From contig CAXXWQ010000003.1 in NCBI GenBank assembly GCA_963674945.2, positions 1,056,001-1,120,000 on the forward strand: a stretch of 64,000 bases of DNA, read 5' to 3'. The notes beneath the pieces were generated by a model, which was given only the letters and a program-made list of their open reading frames with translations, ran no database searches and had not been told where the DNA came from. Shown one piece after another: positions 27,753-37,163 of the stretch (positions are counted from its first letter, which is position 1; each line of letters begins with the position of its first letter). The position numbers and the translations under genes were made by a program. The DNA is from an uncultured Desulfosarcina sp. (GTDB lineage Bacteria > Desulfobacterota > Desulfobacteria > Desulfobacterales > Desulfosarcinaceae).

Positions 27753-28478
27753 ATGGCTGCAAACAATCAATTTGGATTGAAAGATTTAATAACCATGTTG
27801 AAAGAATCAAAGGTGGCAAAAAAGTTTGTACCAGTCATTGATAACCACAAAATTGTTGCAGAAAAAACTGCTTTATTGGTGCTTGACATGAACTATGTTT
27901 GCGCACATCGGGACTATGGGGTTGGCCCTCAATTATGGAGTTCCATTGGCGTGTCTGATTATTATTATGATCGAATAGACAATGATGTAATACCGAATAT
28001 TCAGAAGCTGTTGTTTCTTTTCAGGAAAAACAATCTAAAAATTGTTTTCACTACAATGGGTTGTGAGCAGGAAGACATGTCTGATTTACCGGAAACCTGG
28101 CGTAAAATTTATAAAATGATCGGTTATAACGCAAGCAGACCCGGAACAAAAGAGTTTGAAATCAGAGATGAAGTGAAACCATTGGAGAGTGAACCCGTTT
28201 TGCTGAAAAAAACTTTCGGAGCGTTTTCCAATTGTGACCTGCATGGAACATTGCAAAAAATGGGCGTTGACACGCTGATCATAGTTGGTGTTGAAACCGA
28301 TTGCTGTCTATATATAACCGCAATTGAAGCCAATGATAGGGGCTATAAGGTCATAGTACCCGATGACGCATGCACAACATTAGGACTCACAGGGCATAAA
28401 ATGGCACTGTATACATATGGTAGACTATTCTTTTTCAATGTTAAAACAACCGATGAACTTCTTGAGAAAATGCTCTAA
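27753..28478 (+). CDS. Isochorismatase / cysteine hydrolase family protein
   Basis: TALLVLDMN (Asp), KKTFGAF (Lys), GVETDCC (Cys), DRGYKVIVPDDAC; AAGGAGG RBS; AT-rich. Confidence 0.9.
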   Translation: MAANNQFGLKDLITMLKESKVAKKFVPVIDNHKIVAEKTALLVLDMNYVCAHRDYGVGPQLWSSIGVSDYYYDRIDNDVIPNIQKLLFLFRKNNLKIVFTTMGCEQEDMSDLPETWRKIYKMIGYNASRPGTKEFEIRDEVKPLESEPVLLKKTFGAFSNCDLHGTLQKMGVDTLIIVGVETDCCLYITAIEANDRGYKVIVPDDACTTLGLTGHKMALYTYGRLFFFNVKTTDELLEKML

Positions 28479-28713
28479 AGAAAAGACCCAACAGATTATT
28501 ATCACAAGATTTATTGGCACCAGTACGTATCTGGCATATCTATTTTAATATCAAGTATAAAGATAGTAGGGATTATCCCAAGCTCCATAGACAGGCAAAG
28601 AATTGATAATAACGAATTGAAAAATTAACTGATATCAACTGACCCTAACAATTTGACAGGAGCAACTTAGCCCCCGTAGCTACGTAACTTAAAATTTTAA
28701 GACTGGTGGTTGG

Positions 28714-28771
28714 CGGTAACGTGCGGCTTTGCGGCGAGCAAAGCGAGTCCGCCAACAGCCGATTGTTAGCC
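28714..28771 (-). mobile_element. Integron attC-like recombination site, copy B
   Basis: GGCTAAC-AATCGGCTGTTGGCGGACTCGCTTTGCTCGCCGCAAAGCCGCAC-GTTACCG; the upstream gene's stop TAA lies inside the R'' box. Confidence 0.8.
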
Positions 28772-29245
28772 AACTTTCATTTTATGAGCAACTTCAAGCA
28801 TATCTGATAAGTATTTACCTCTATCAGATGGACTATATTTTACTTTTTGTAATTTTTCCTTATCTTGATCAGGCATGCGATCGAAAAGGTGGATGTTATG
28901 CATCATAAACCACCCGCGATAGATTCTCAAAATTGGTGAAATTTCACCAGTCAGGCGCTGATATATTCCAACAGCTTCTCATAGTAACAATTCCGTTTGC
29001 TTTGGCCTAAATTTATACGTCTGATCTGGGTCTCTATCAGCATGTTTGAAGAAATTCTCTGCCTCATTCATTGATTTTATAAAGTCCTTCTTTTTTTCAG
29101 GCTTTATCAAATTTTCTACAAGCCACTCTTTTACAAAAACTGGATCATTTCCACGACCCTTATTAATGTCTCGAAGCACATTATAGGCTGCTGCTGTGAG
29201 AGTATGAATAGATACTGGGTCACTAAAATTAAAATATAGGGAATA
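28766..29245 (-). pseudogene. Decayed integron cassette gene (uncharacterised protein with an NFFKHADRDPD motif)
   Basis: Frame ...SLYFNFSDPVSIHTLTAAAYNVLRD...ENFFKHADRDPD...ELLL*EAVGIYQ...HKMKVG*; one internal TGA (28979-28981); 5' end lost; AT-rich. Confidence 0.7.
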
Positions 29246-29368
29246 CCATCAATGACCAGCCCTCTGATAGCGGTTCTGGCGGCGGCTTTTTCATCAACAG
29301 CTTTTTTTAAAGGTCGTTTGGCTATCTTTGTTCTGGAAAAGCTTTTTACGAAGCCGTCGAGTTTGCCT

Positions 29369-29677
29369 TCAATCTTTCTTCACCTTACCACCGGCTTCCC
29401 GAAACCGGTCGCTGATCGTCCCGGTGAGCTGTGCCGCGGATTCGAGAAGCACCGCAACATCTTCCTGCCCGTTTTCCCGGGCCGCCTGTGCCCATTTCTG
29501 ATAATCCTCGGCATGGTGATCGTTGTGGTCGATCCAGTGATCCAGAAGTTTGGTCAGCTTTTCAGAAAAGCTCATGGTTGAATGGCCGTGGGCGTGTCCG
29601 TGGTGGTGGTGAGAATGGTCATGATCGTGGTCGTGATGATGATCGTGATTGTGGTCATGGTCGTGGTGATGAGACAT
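29369..29677 (-). CDS. His-rich putative Ni/Co-binding protein
   Basis: N-terminal His/Asp tract then helical KLTKLLDHWIDHNDHHAEDYQKWA; GGAGG RBS. Confidence 0.8.
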   Translation of the reverse strand: MSHHHDHDHNHDHHHDHDHDHSHHHHGHAHGHSTMSFSEKLTKLLDHWIDHNDHHAEDYQKWAQAARENGQEDVAVLLESAAQLTGTISDRFREAGGKVKKD

Positions 29678-30077
29678 AAGGGCCTCCGAATCTTCGATTT
29701 ATTAAATGGGAGCTATCGTGTGGGTTCATACATCAATCCCTTGATCCGTGCAACACGAGACGAAAATTTCATCGGGATTACAGCCTCTGTGATCTAACGG
29801 ATATACAAGGCAATTGAGGGATCAAGGTCGATGGAGGAGGAATGAAAAGGCAAGTCCTGTCTCGTCCCTCGTTCCGCATCCTTCGTCCATCCTTCTCAAC
29901 CCCTCAGATTGATGGCAAATTAGGAGGCAATCAAAAACAGCGAGGCCAAAAAGCAATCACCAGAGGAATCGCTTGCCTCCAACGGCCAGGAAGGCTAAAA
30001 ACAATAGCTACGACCGAAAGGAATTCGAAAGGACACTTCGAAGGCCATGTAATGGAACATCAGATGTCGAAAATACC

Positions 30078-32051
30078 ATGAGCCGAAACAAACCATTGAA
30101 AATCCGGACACTCCTGTTGATTGCCGGCCTGGTTGGCCTGCTTTCCGGGGCCACTGTGGGTTCGTTTTTCGCCCTCACCCGGGACCTTCCCCAGATACGG
30201 GAACTGGAAAATTTCGAACCCTCCGCGGTGACCCATATCTATTCGGCGGACAAGGTCCTGCTCGCCGAACTCTTCCTCGAAAAACGAACGCCGATCCCTT
30301 TCAAGAAGATTCCATCCCACCTGAAAGATGCCCTGATCGTCACCGAGGACCGACAATTTTACATTCACGGCGGGATCGATCTGAAGGGAATCATTCGGGC
30401 CATCGTCAAGGACATCATGGCGGGCCAGTTCGTGGAAGGAGCCAGTACCATTACCCAACAGCTGGCCAAGACGCTCTTTTTATCACAGGAAAAGAAAATT
30501 TCCCGCAAGATCAAGGAAGCCCTGCTCGCCATCCAATTGGAAAAGCGATACACCAAAAACGAAATCCTCACACTGTACCTGAATCAGATCTACTTCGGCA
30601 GCGGCACCTACGGCGTGGAGGCGGCCTCCCGGCGCTACTTCGGCATTTCGGCGTCGCAGATGGACCTCGCCCAATGCGCCCTGATTGCCGGCCTGCCGAA
30701 GGCGCCATCCAGGTACAGCCCGCTGGCCAATCCGGACCTGGCCGAAAAACGGCGCAATCTGGTTCTGCGCATCATGAACGATCAGGGCCTCATTACGGAC
30801 GAAGATTACCGAATGGCCAAAACCGAGCCGGTCTTGAAGGATAAGAGCCCGACGAATAAAGGATCGGCATCCTATTTCGTGCAATATATCAAACCGGCAC
30901 TGGAGGCGGCCGTCGGTCCGAGCATGCTGTACAAGGGGGGGGTAACGGTTCATACGACACTGTCCCACAGTTTGCAGACCGCTGCTGAAACGTCGCTGAA
31001 AAAGGGGTTAACGGAAATCGGCGGGCGAATGACACGGCCACCAGAAGAGAACCGATCCCCCCAGGGCGCCCTCGTGGCAGTGGACGTGAGAACCGGCGGC
31101 ATCGTCGCCATGGTCGGCGGCGAGGATTTTTCCGACAGCGCCTTCAATCGGGCAACCGATGCCCGTCGCCAACCGGGATCCGCCTTCAAACCCATTATTT
31201 ATGCCCTTGCCATCACCCGTGGCTACACCCAGGCAACCCTGGTACTGGATGCGCCGGTGGCCTTTACGAGTGGGGATATGAAACAGGATTGGCTGCCGGA
31301 AAATTTCTCAAAGACGTATCAGGGAGAAATTACCCTCCGTCAGGCCCTGACACACTCCGAAAACATTCCCGCCGTCAGACTGGTGGACCAATTGGGACCA
31401 TCTGCCGTGGTGCAGTTCGCACATAAACTCGGAATCGATTCTCCCCTTGCCCCCAACCTCTCCATCGCACTGGGGACAGCCGACACCAACCTTTTGGAAC
31501 TGACCGGTGCATACGCCGTCTTCGCCAACGGGGGAAATCATATCACACCCTTCGGCGTTACTGAAATCGTCGATCGAGACGGTGTCTTATGCTGGCAGGC
31601 CAAACCGTCCGTCCGTCCGGTCATGTCCCGTTCCCAGGCGGCCATTATGGTGGACATGCTGCAAGGTGTCGTGGAGGAGGGAACGGGAAAGGGTGCAAAA
31701 CGGCTTGCATTTCCCGTGGCGGGCAAGACCGGAACGACGAGCGCCTACAAGGATGCCCTCTTCGTCGGATTCTCTCCGGTTATCGCCGCCGGCGTGTGGG
31801 TGGGAATGGACGATAATACGACGCTCGGTGAAATGGAAACCGGCTCCAGGGCCGCACTTCCCATCTGGGTCGACTTCATGGCGTCCACCTCGTCGCAAAC
31901 CCCTTTGATGTATTTTGACATTCCGGATAAGATGGAAAGAATTTGGATGAACCCCAAAAGTGGAAGGCTGGCACCCCATGATGCCGATGGTGCGGTGAAT
32001 GCGCTTTTTAAAAAGGATACAGGCCCAACCCGCGTCACTGACGCCAAGTGA
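30078..32051 (+). CDS. Class A penicillin-binding protein (PBP1A family)
   Basis: TM anchor; transglycosylase EDRQFY, GASTITQQLAK, RKIKE; transpeptidase GSAFKP (SxxK), SEN, KTG. Confidence 0.95.
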   Translation: MSRNKPLKIRTLLLIAGLVGLLSGATVGSFFALTRDLPQIRELENFEPSAVTHIYSADKVLLAELFLEKRTPIPFKKIPSHLKDALIVTEDRQFYIHGGIDLKGIIRAIVKDIMAGQFVEGASTITQQLAKTLFLSQEKKISRKIKEALLAIQLEKRYTKNEILTLYLNQIYFGSGTYGVEAASRRYFGISASQMDLAQCALIAGLPKAPSRYSPLANPDLAEKRRNLVLRIMNDQGLITDEDYRMAKTEPVLKDKSPTNKGSASYFVQYIKPALEAAVGPSMLYKGGVTVHTTLSHSLQTAAETSLKKGLTEIGGRMTRPPEENRSPQGALVAVDVRTGGIVAMVGGEDFSDSAFNRATDARRQPGSAFKPIIYALAITRGYTQATLVLDAPVAFTSGDMKQDWLPENFSKTYQGEITLRQALTHSENIPAVRLVDQLGPSAVVQFAHKLGIDSPLAPNLSIALGTADTNLLELTGAYAVFANGGNHITPFGVTEIVDRDGVLCWQAKPSVRPVMSRSQAAIMVDMLQGVVEEGTGKGAKRLAFPVAGKTGTTSAYKDALFVGFSPVIAAGVWVGMDDNTTLGEMETGSRAALPIWVDFMASTSSQTPLMYFDIPDKMERIWMNPKSGRLAPHDADGAVNALFKKDTGPTRVTDAK

Positions 32052-32134
32052 GCCCGAAGCATTGTCGGGCCTCTATTCAACAGGATTCCGGTCAATAAGG
32101 CTGTTTGTACCGGCGATTCGGTGATCGGCCTTTC

Positions 32135-32398
32135 TTACCGTCGTTTCACCCGTTTGTGTACCGTCGCCACCTTGGTGGACATGTCATCCACCGTTTTCTT
32201 CATCTGGCTGACATTGCTGTCCGTACTGATCAACACACTCTCGATGGTGTCCACATCGGAAACCAGTTTCAACCCTGTGTGCTTTAACGTACGCACCTCG
32301 ATATTTTGATAGATGAGAAACCCGGTCACCCCGATCATCCAAAGGGCAACGCCATAGGTACGCCAATGCCGTTTCAAGTTTGCAGCTAAATTTTCCAT
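32135..32398 (-). CDS. Small membrane protein with a coiled-coil tail, hypothetical
   Basis: One TM helix (YGVALWMIGVTGFLIY), then a heptad-like tail; RBS-like GAGGGAAGG. Confidence 0.6.
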   Translation of the reverse strand: MENLAANLKRHWRTYGVALWMIGVTGFLIYQNIEVRTLKHTGLKLVSDVDTIESVLISTDSNVSQMKKTVDDMSTKVATVHKRVKRR

Positions 32399-32483
32399 TT
32401 TCCTTCCCTCGTACAACCGTTTTGGACAATATACACGAAGTCCTTATGATTATGGTTGTTATCGGCTTTTATAATCAAACCTT

Positions 32484-32608
32484 GACGGATTCGTGAAAAG
32501 TCCGATATCGGCGTTACGCTTCATCCTTCGTCACTGTGGCGTACGATACGTACGCCTCATTCCTCACGGACTCGCAATCCTTGATCTCGGGCTTTTCGCG
32601 AATCCGTC
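32484..32608. repeat. 125-bp intergenic palindromic repeat (REP/MITE-like), copy 1
   Basis: Terminal stem GACGGATTCGTGAAAAG...CTTTTCGCGAATCCGTC; colinear with 41017-41141. Confidence 0.85.
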
Positions 32609-32657
32609 CGAACAGCGACTTTTTGCGATGGAGGCGGTAAAATCGATGGAATCGGAT

Positions 32658-33176
32658 TCAGGAAGGAAATAAACGCCGCCATACCCGTCGATACGGCCGT
32701 ATCATGAAGAACCGAATGAGCCGGCTGAAGCCGCCCATGACGTGACCGATCTCTTTTTCCACGGTCGGTTCCAGGCGGCAAAAAGAGATGATACAACGCT
32801 CCGGACGCCGGTTGTCGGGAAAAAGACAGGGGCCCGTCCCGTTTTTCAAGAAGATACAATCTTGGGGAAAAATTCCCTCCTGTTCGATACAGGCGGCAAT
32901 TTCCGGTTCCAAATGGGGTGAAAGGAGCAAAATGAACACCAGATCCCATTGGGTAATGATATCTTCGGGGCGGATGTTTTTACAGCACAGTCCCTTGCAC
33001 TTGACCATGCAGTTGGCCAGAATCGGCGCAGCCTTGCGTGTCAACGCACATTGGGCCTGGTGGATATCCCGACAGATGGCCAAGGCGGCGTTTTTTTCGT
33101 CGTCATTTAAAAGGCGGCATTTTTTCTTCGCCACCTTGAGGCTGTGAGTCAATCCCATGGCAACCCCATGCTGCAT
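32658..33176 (-). CDS. Cys-rich hypothetical protein (YkgJ/CxxCxxCC-like metal or Fe-S binding)
   Basis: CMVKCKGLCC...CIFL...CLF...RPERCIISFC. Confidence 0.6.
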   Translation of the reverse strand: MQHGVAMGLTHSLKVAKKKCRLLNDDEKNAALAICRDIHQAQCALTRKAAPILANCMVKCKGLCCKNIRPEDIITQWDLVFILLLSPHLEPEIAACIEQEGIFPQDCIFLKNGTGPCLFPDNRRPERCIISFCRLEPTVEKEIGHVMGGFSRLIRFFMIRPYRRVWRRLFPS

Positions 33177-33200
33177 ACAAAATACGAATATTATCGGTTA

Positions 33201-34382
33201 CTAAATGAACCGTTTTTTCATTTCTCCCATGACCTCGTCCACGTTCTCCGGCCCGATACCATGCTCGGCACAAAGGGCGGTGATCTTGTTCCGGCGCCTC
33301 GGGCTTGATAGATCGTCCAGACGGCTGCAGAGCCCTGCCCTGCGACCCACCTGAAACAGGCACTGGTCATCGGGGGAAAGCGCCAGGAATCGATCCAGCA
33401 CCGATAGAATTTCGGTTTTGGCGCTTGGCATTCGCCCGCAAACCGCCTCGATCAGATTGAGGACATGGTCACTGGTGATCGTGCTGGTGATACCTTCCAA
33501 CTGATTGATAAAGAGCCTGATTTCCCGAATCATCTCCACATCGCTAAGGCATTGGAATGCACCGGTTCGATGAAGTTCGGACAAAGGGGCTGCCCCGGGA
33601 ATGGCAAGGGTACGAAGGCGAATGAAATCCGGGTCGATCTGGTTCAATGCGTCAGCGGTCTCCTTCGCATGCACTTCGGACAGCGCCCTGCCCCCCAGTC
33701 CCGGCATCACGTACTCGGAAAGTGTCATGCCCGCCTGCTTCACCTTTTGTCCTGCCTTGATCTGCGTTTTTTTATCCGCGCCTTTTTTCATCATTTCCAG
33801 GACGGCATCACTGCCGGACTCCAGCCCAACGTGTATCCGGTTCAGACCGGCCGTTCGCATTTGCGAAAGGTGCTCGTCGCCGATTCGGGCAAGGGTGCGG
33901 GAACGGGCGTAGGAGGTGATTCGTTCGACCCATGGGAATCGGTTGGTAAGATGGCGCAGGATTCGGATCAGATGATCGGGTTTGACCACCAGGCTGTTGG
34001 CATCCTGGAGAAAAATGGAGGTCATGCCGCCGGCATACCAGTGAAACGCGGCACCAAATGCCTGTCGCGCACCGTCGTCCATGGACGCGAACCGCTCACT
34101 TACGTCCTTTCGAAGAATTCGTCCCGAACCGTCCGCAAGGGATCGCAAGGTTGAAACGTGCCGATGCACGGCATCGATGTCCTCGATCACGTGGGACAGG
34201 GGGCGAATGGAAAATCGCTCATTCTTATAGATGGGACAGAAAACGCAGTGGTTCCAGGGGCAGTTACGCGTTACGCGAATGAGAAGACTGCGGGCTTCGC
34301 TGGGTGGCCGGATGGGCCCCTGTTCGAATCCGTTGTACCAATCCTTTTGGTCCCGGCTCGGTTTCATTGATGATATCTCCAT
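33201..34382 (-). CDS. Radical SAM protein, uncharacterised family
   Basis: GPIRPPSEARSLLIRVTRNCPWNHCVFC, FLQDAN, IHVGLESG, PDFIRLRTL, SDH. Confidence 0.88.
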   Translation of the reverse strand: MEISSMKPSRDQKDWYNGFEQGPIRPPSEARSLLIRVTRNCPWNHCVFCPIYKNERFSIRPLSHVIEDIDAVHRHVSTLRSLADGSGRILRKDVSERFASMDDGARQAFGAAFHWYAGGMTSIFLQDANSLVVKPDHLIRILRHLTNRFPWVERITSYARSRTLARIGDEHLSQMRTAGLNRIHVGLESGSDAVLEMMKKGADKKTQIKAGQKVKQAGMTLSEYVMPGLGGRALSEVHAKETADALNQIDPDFIRLRTLAIPGAAPLSELHRTGAFQCLSDVEMIREIRLFINQLEGITSTITSDHVLNLIEAVCGRMPSAKTEILSVLDRFLALSPDDQCLFQVGRRAGLCSRLDDLSSPRRRNKITALCAEHGIGPENVDEVMGEMKKRFI

Positions 34383-34887
34383 CTCCCTGCATCCAATGTT
34401 GACGGCTTCGTAAATGGTCCAGCCATTGCGGGCTTAGCATGAACCAGGGTGAGCTGTTAGCATCTATATACTTGGCATTTATCAGAATTTCAATTATCAG
34501 CTATCGGGTTTCAGGCAGCACCTCAAAAATTCTTTGAAATCATTCTGCTAATCGCTCAATTAGATATAATTATCTGATATTTCTAAATCAAAAGTAAATC
34601 CGGCCGAAAAAGAATTGTGAAGGTCCGGGTATAGAGAACCTGACTTCGGGTTTCCCATGTAAGTGGGATTCGTTACGATCGCGGAAAATTACAGGAGCCA
34701 GAACAAATGGATCGAGCCGAAGGCGAGTACCTTATTCTGGATTCTGAATTCTGACTCCTGGATTCTCGTATCATAACTACGGTGGTGCCATTTATCTCGG
34801 AGTTGGCCCGCAGTTCGTCTTTGACAACCATTGCGGCCATACCGTATGGTAAGCCTTCTGATCGCGAAAACCATCTGGAAGCGGACG

Positions 34888-35904
34888 ATGTGGAAAAAAC
34901 TGGGTTTGATTCTATCCATAATCATCTTTTCGGCCATCTGTGCAACCTCCATTGCTTATATGCACCTTCAATCCTGGGCCGATCAGCCCATGGGAATCGG
35001 TGAAGCGGAAAAATTGTTCACCCTCACCCCTGGCCAGGGACTGAAGAAAACGGCCCGTGCATTGGAACAAGAGGGTCTGGTTTCCGATGCCCTTCGTTTC
35101 ACGATCCTCGCAAGGCTCGAAAACCAGGACAAACTTCTCAAGGCAGGTGAATATTTTTTTTCCAATACCATGACACCCAGGGAAATCCTCGGCCAGATGG
35201 TGAAAGGCCGGGTACATCTCTACCGCGTAACCATTCCGGAGGGGTTCAATCTCGTACAGATCGCCGCCGCCGTTGCAGCTGCCGGTCTGGAATCGGAAGA
35301 GCAGTTTCTCGCGGTGGCCCGTGACCCGCAAACGGCGAAAAAAATGGGCATCGAAGCCAAAACCCTGGAAGGGTATCTGTTCCCGGACACCTATTACTTT
35401 CCCAAGGGGTTGGATGCAGCAACGATTATCGCCACAATGGTCAAACAGTTCAGGGCCGCATTTTTGCCGGAGTGGGAGGATAGAGCCGAAGACCTGAAAA
35501 TGAGCATACACGAGGTGACGACCCTGGCCTCGATTATCGAAAAGGAGACCGGCGCTCCCGAAGAGCGCCCGATCATCGCATCGGTTTTTCACAATCGGCT
35601 TCAAAAAGGCATGCGCCTGGAGACCGATCCCACCGTCATCTATGGTATTGTCGACTTCGACGGCAACATCAAACGACGGCACCTTACGACCTATACCCCG
35701 TATAATACTTACAAGATCAAGGGGCTTCCCCCCGGTCCCATCGCCAGCCCCGGGGCAAAGGCCATAGAGGCGGCCTTGTTTCCCGCCAAAACCGACTACC
35801 TTTACTTTGTTTCCAAAAAGGATGGAACCCATCACTTCTCCACCACAATCGAGCAGCATAACGCGGCGGTACGAAAGTATCAGTTAAGGAAAAGAAAACG
35901 TTGA
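34888..35904 (+). CDS. mltG: Endolytic transglycosylase MltG
   Basis: TM anchor, VTIPEG, LEGYLFPDTY, LASIIEKET, SVFHNRL, GLPPGPIASPG, YLYFV. Confidence 0.93.
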   Translation: MWKKLGLILSIIIFSAICATSIAYMHLQSWADQPMGIGEAEKLFTLTPGQGLKKTARALEQEGLVSDALRFTILARLENQDKLLKAGEYFFSNTMTPREILGQMVKGRVHLYRVTIPEGFNLVQIAAAVAAAGLESEEQFLAVARDPQTAKKMGIEAKTLEGYLFPDTYYFPKGLDAATIIATMVKQFRAAFLPEWEDRAEDLKMSIHEVTTLASIIEKETGAPEERPIIASVFHNRLQKGMRLETDPTVIYGIVDFDGNIKRRHLTTYTPYNTYKIKGLPPGPIASPGAKAIEAALFPAKTDYLYFVSKKDGTHHFSTTIEQHNAAVRKYQLRKRKR

Positions 35905-37007
35905 AAAATGGTTCCGAGAAGAAACTCCGGTCCGGTTTCACGACCGGCGCCGCGGCGGCCGCTGCGTCCAAGGCCGCCCTGCAACTGTTGTTGACCGGTC
36001 AACCGCCAGGACAGGTAACCATCACCTTTCTGACAGGGGCGTCGACGACGATTCCGGTGCACCGTTGTGAGAAGACCGAAGAAAACACGGCATGGTGCAC
36101 GGTTATCAAGGACGCCGGTGATGATCCCGACATCACCCATGGCGCCGAAATCGGCGCTACTGTGACCTTTGAAGAAAATACCGGCGATGAAACAATAAAG
36201 ATCACGGGAGGGGAAGGTGTCGGCATGGTGACGAAACCCGGTCTCGGGATTCCCACCGGCCGGGCGGCCATCACGTCGGGTCCCGATTCCATGATCAGAA
36301 ACAGTGTCCAGGAGGTTCTCGCCGATCATCCCATGAACGAAAAGATACACATCCAGGTGTTCGTTCCCAAAGGAAAACTTCTGGCACGAAAAACCCTCAA
36401 CGCCCGACTGGGAATCGTCGACGGCATTTCCATCTTGGGTACCACCGGTATCGTCCGGCCCATGTCCCACGAGGCGTATGTGGCAACGATCGAAAGGGCC
36501 ATGGATGTTGCACGCGCAATGGGTTTGTCCCACCTCGTGCTGACCACCGGAAGACGCAGCGAACGATTCGCCCAGAATCGCTGGCCACAGATGGCCGAGG
36601 AGAGTTTTGTCCAAATCGGAGATTTCTTCGAGAAGGCCATGTCCGCTGCTGCCGACCGCGGTTTTGGTTCGGCGACCCTGGCCGTTTTTTTCGGTAAAGC
36701 GGTCAAGATGGCCCAAAACATCCCCCACACCCACGCGGCCAAATCCGAGATGTGTTTACGGAAACTGGCCGACTGGACCTTGGCAATAACGAAAAATCAG
36801 AAACTGGCAAACCGGATCGCTGCCGCCAACACCGCCCGGCACGCCTTCGATCCACTCAAGACCGCCGCCATGCCGGTCATTGCCCATGTGGCCGAACAGG
36901 CCCGTGCCAGCGCCCTGGGATTCGCCCAGAACGCCCTGGCCGTCCGATATGTCATTTTCGACTACGATGGAGCGACGGTGGTTGACACAAAGCCGGATTA
37001 CGGCTAG
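35901..37007 (+). CDS. cbiD: Cobalt-precorrin-5B C1-methyltransferase
   Basis: LRSGFTTGA, KDAGDDPDITHG, GVGMVTKPGL, TLNARLGIVDGISILGTTG. Confidence 0.95.
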   Translation: MKNGSEKKLRSGFTTGAAAAAASKAALQLLLTGQPPGQVTITFLTGASTTIPVHRCEKTEENTAWCTVIKDAGDDPDITHGAEIGATVTFEENTGDETIKITGGEGVGMVTKPGLGIPTGRAAITSGPDSMIRNSVQEVLADHPMNEKIHIQVFVPKGKLLARKTLNARLGIVDGISILGTTGIVRPMSHEAYVATIERAMDVARAMGLSHLVLTTGRRSERFAQNRWPQMAEESFVQIGDFFEKAMSAAADRGFGSATLAVFFGKAVKMAQNIPHTHAAKSEMCLRKLADWTLAITKNQKLANRIAAANTARHAFDPLKTAAMPVIAHVAEQARASALGFAQNALAVRYVIFDYDGATVVDTKPDYG

Positions 37008-37163
37008 TGTATTTGAGATTTGGGGTAATCGGTCTTTATCGCAAGGCACGACTTGCATCGGACCATTACATGACAGTGTTCATTCAGATCTCGGCCAAAG
37101 CGAAAAATGGCTTGACCATCTGGGGACGTCTACGAACATTAACAAACGTGGGGGCTACATCGT

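Noticed and set aside
28979..28981. In-frame TGA as selenocysteine
   Set aside because: Context (LLL*EAV) fits a Trp codon mutation, not a redox motif; no obvious SECIS hairpin; the gene is also 5'-truncated
23300..29300. Complete integron or prophage
   Set aside because: No integrase, attI, tandem same-orientation attC array or phage structural genes
34383..34887. Possible cobalamin riboswitch upstream of the mltG-cbi operon
   Set aside because: No recognisable B12-box or GGGAA...GGTG.AA.TCC core by eye; the hairpin present is a short-repeat element. An Rfam scan would be decisive.
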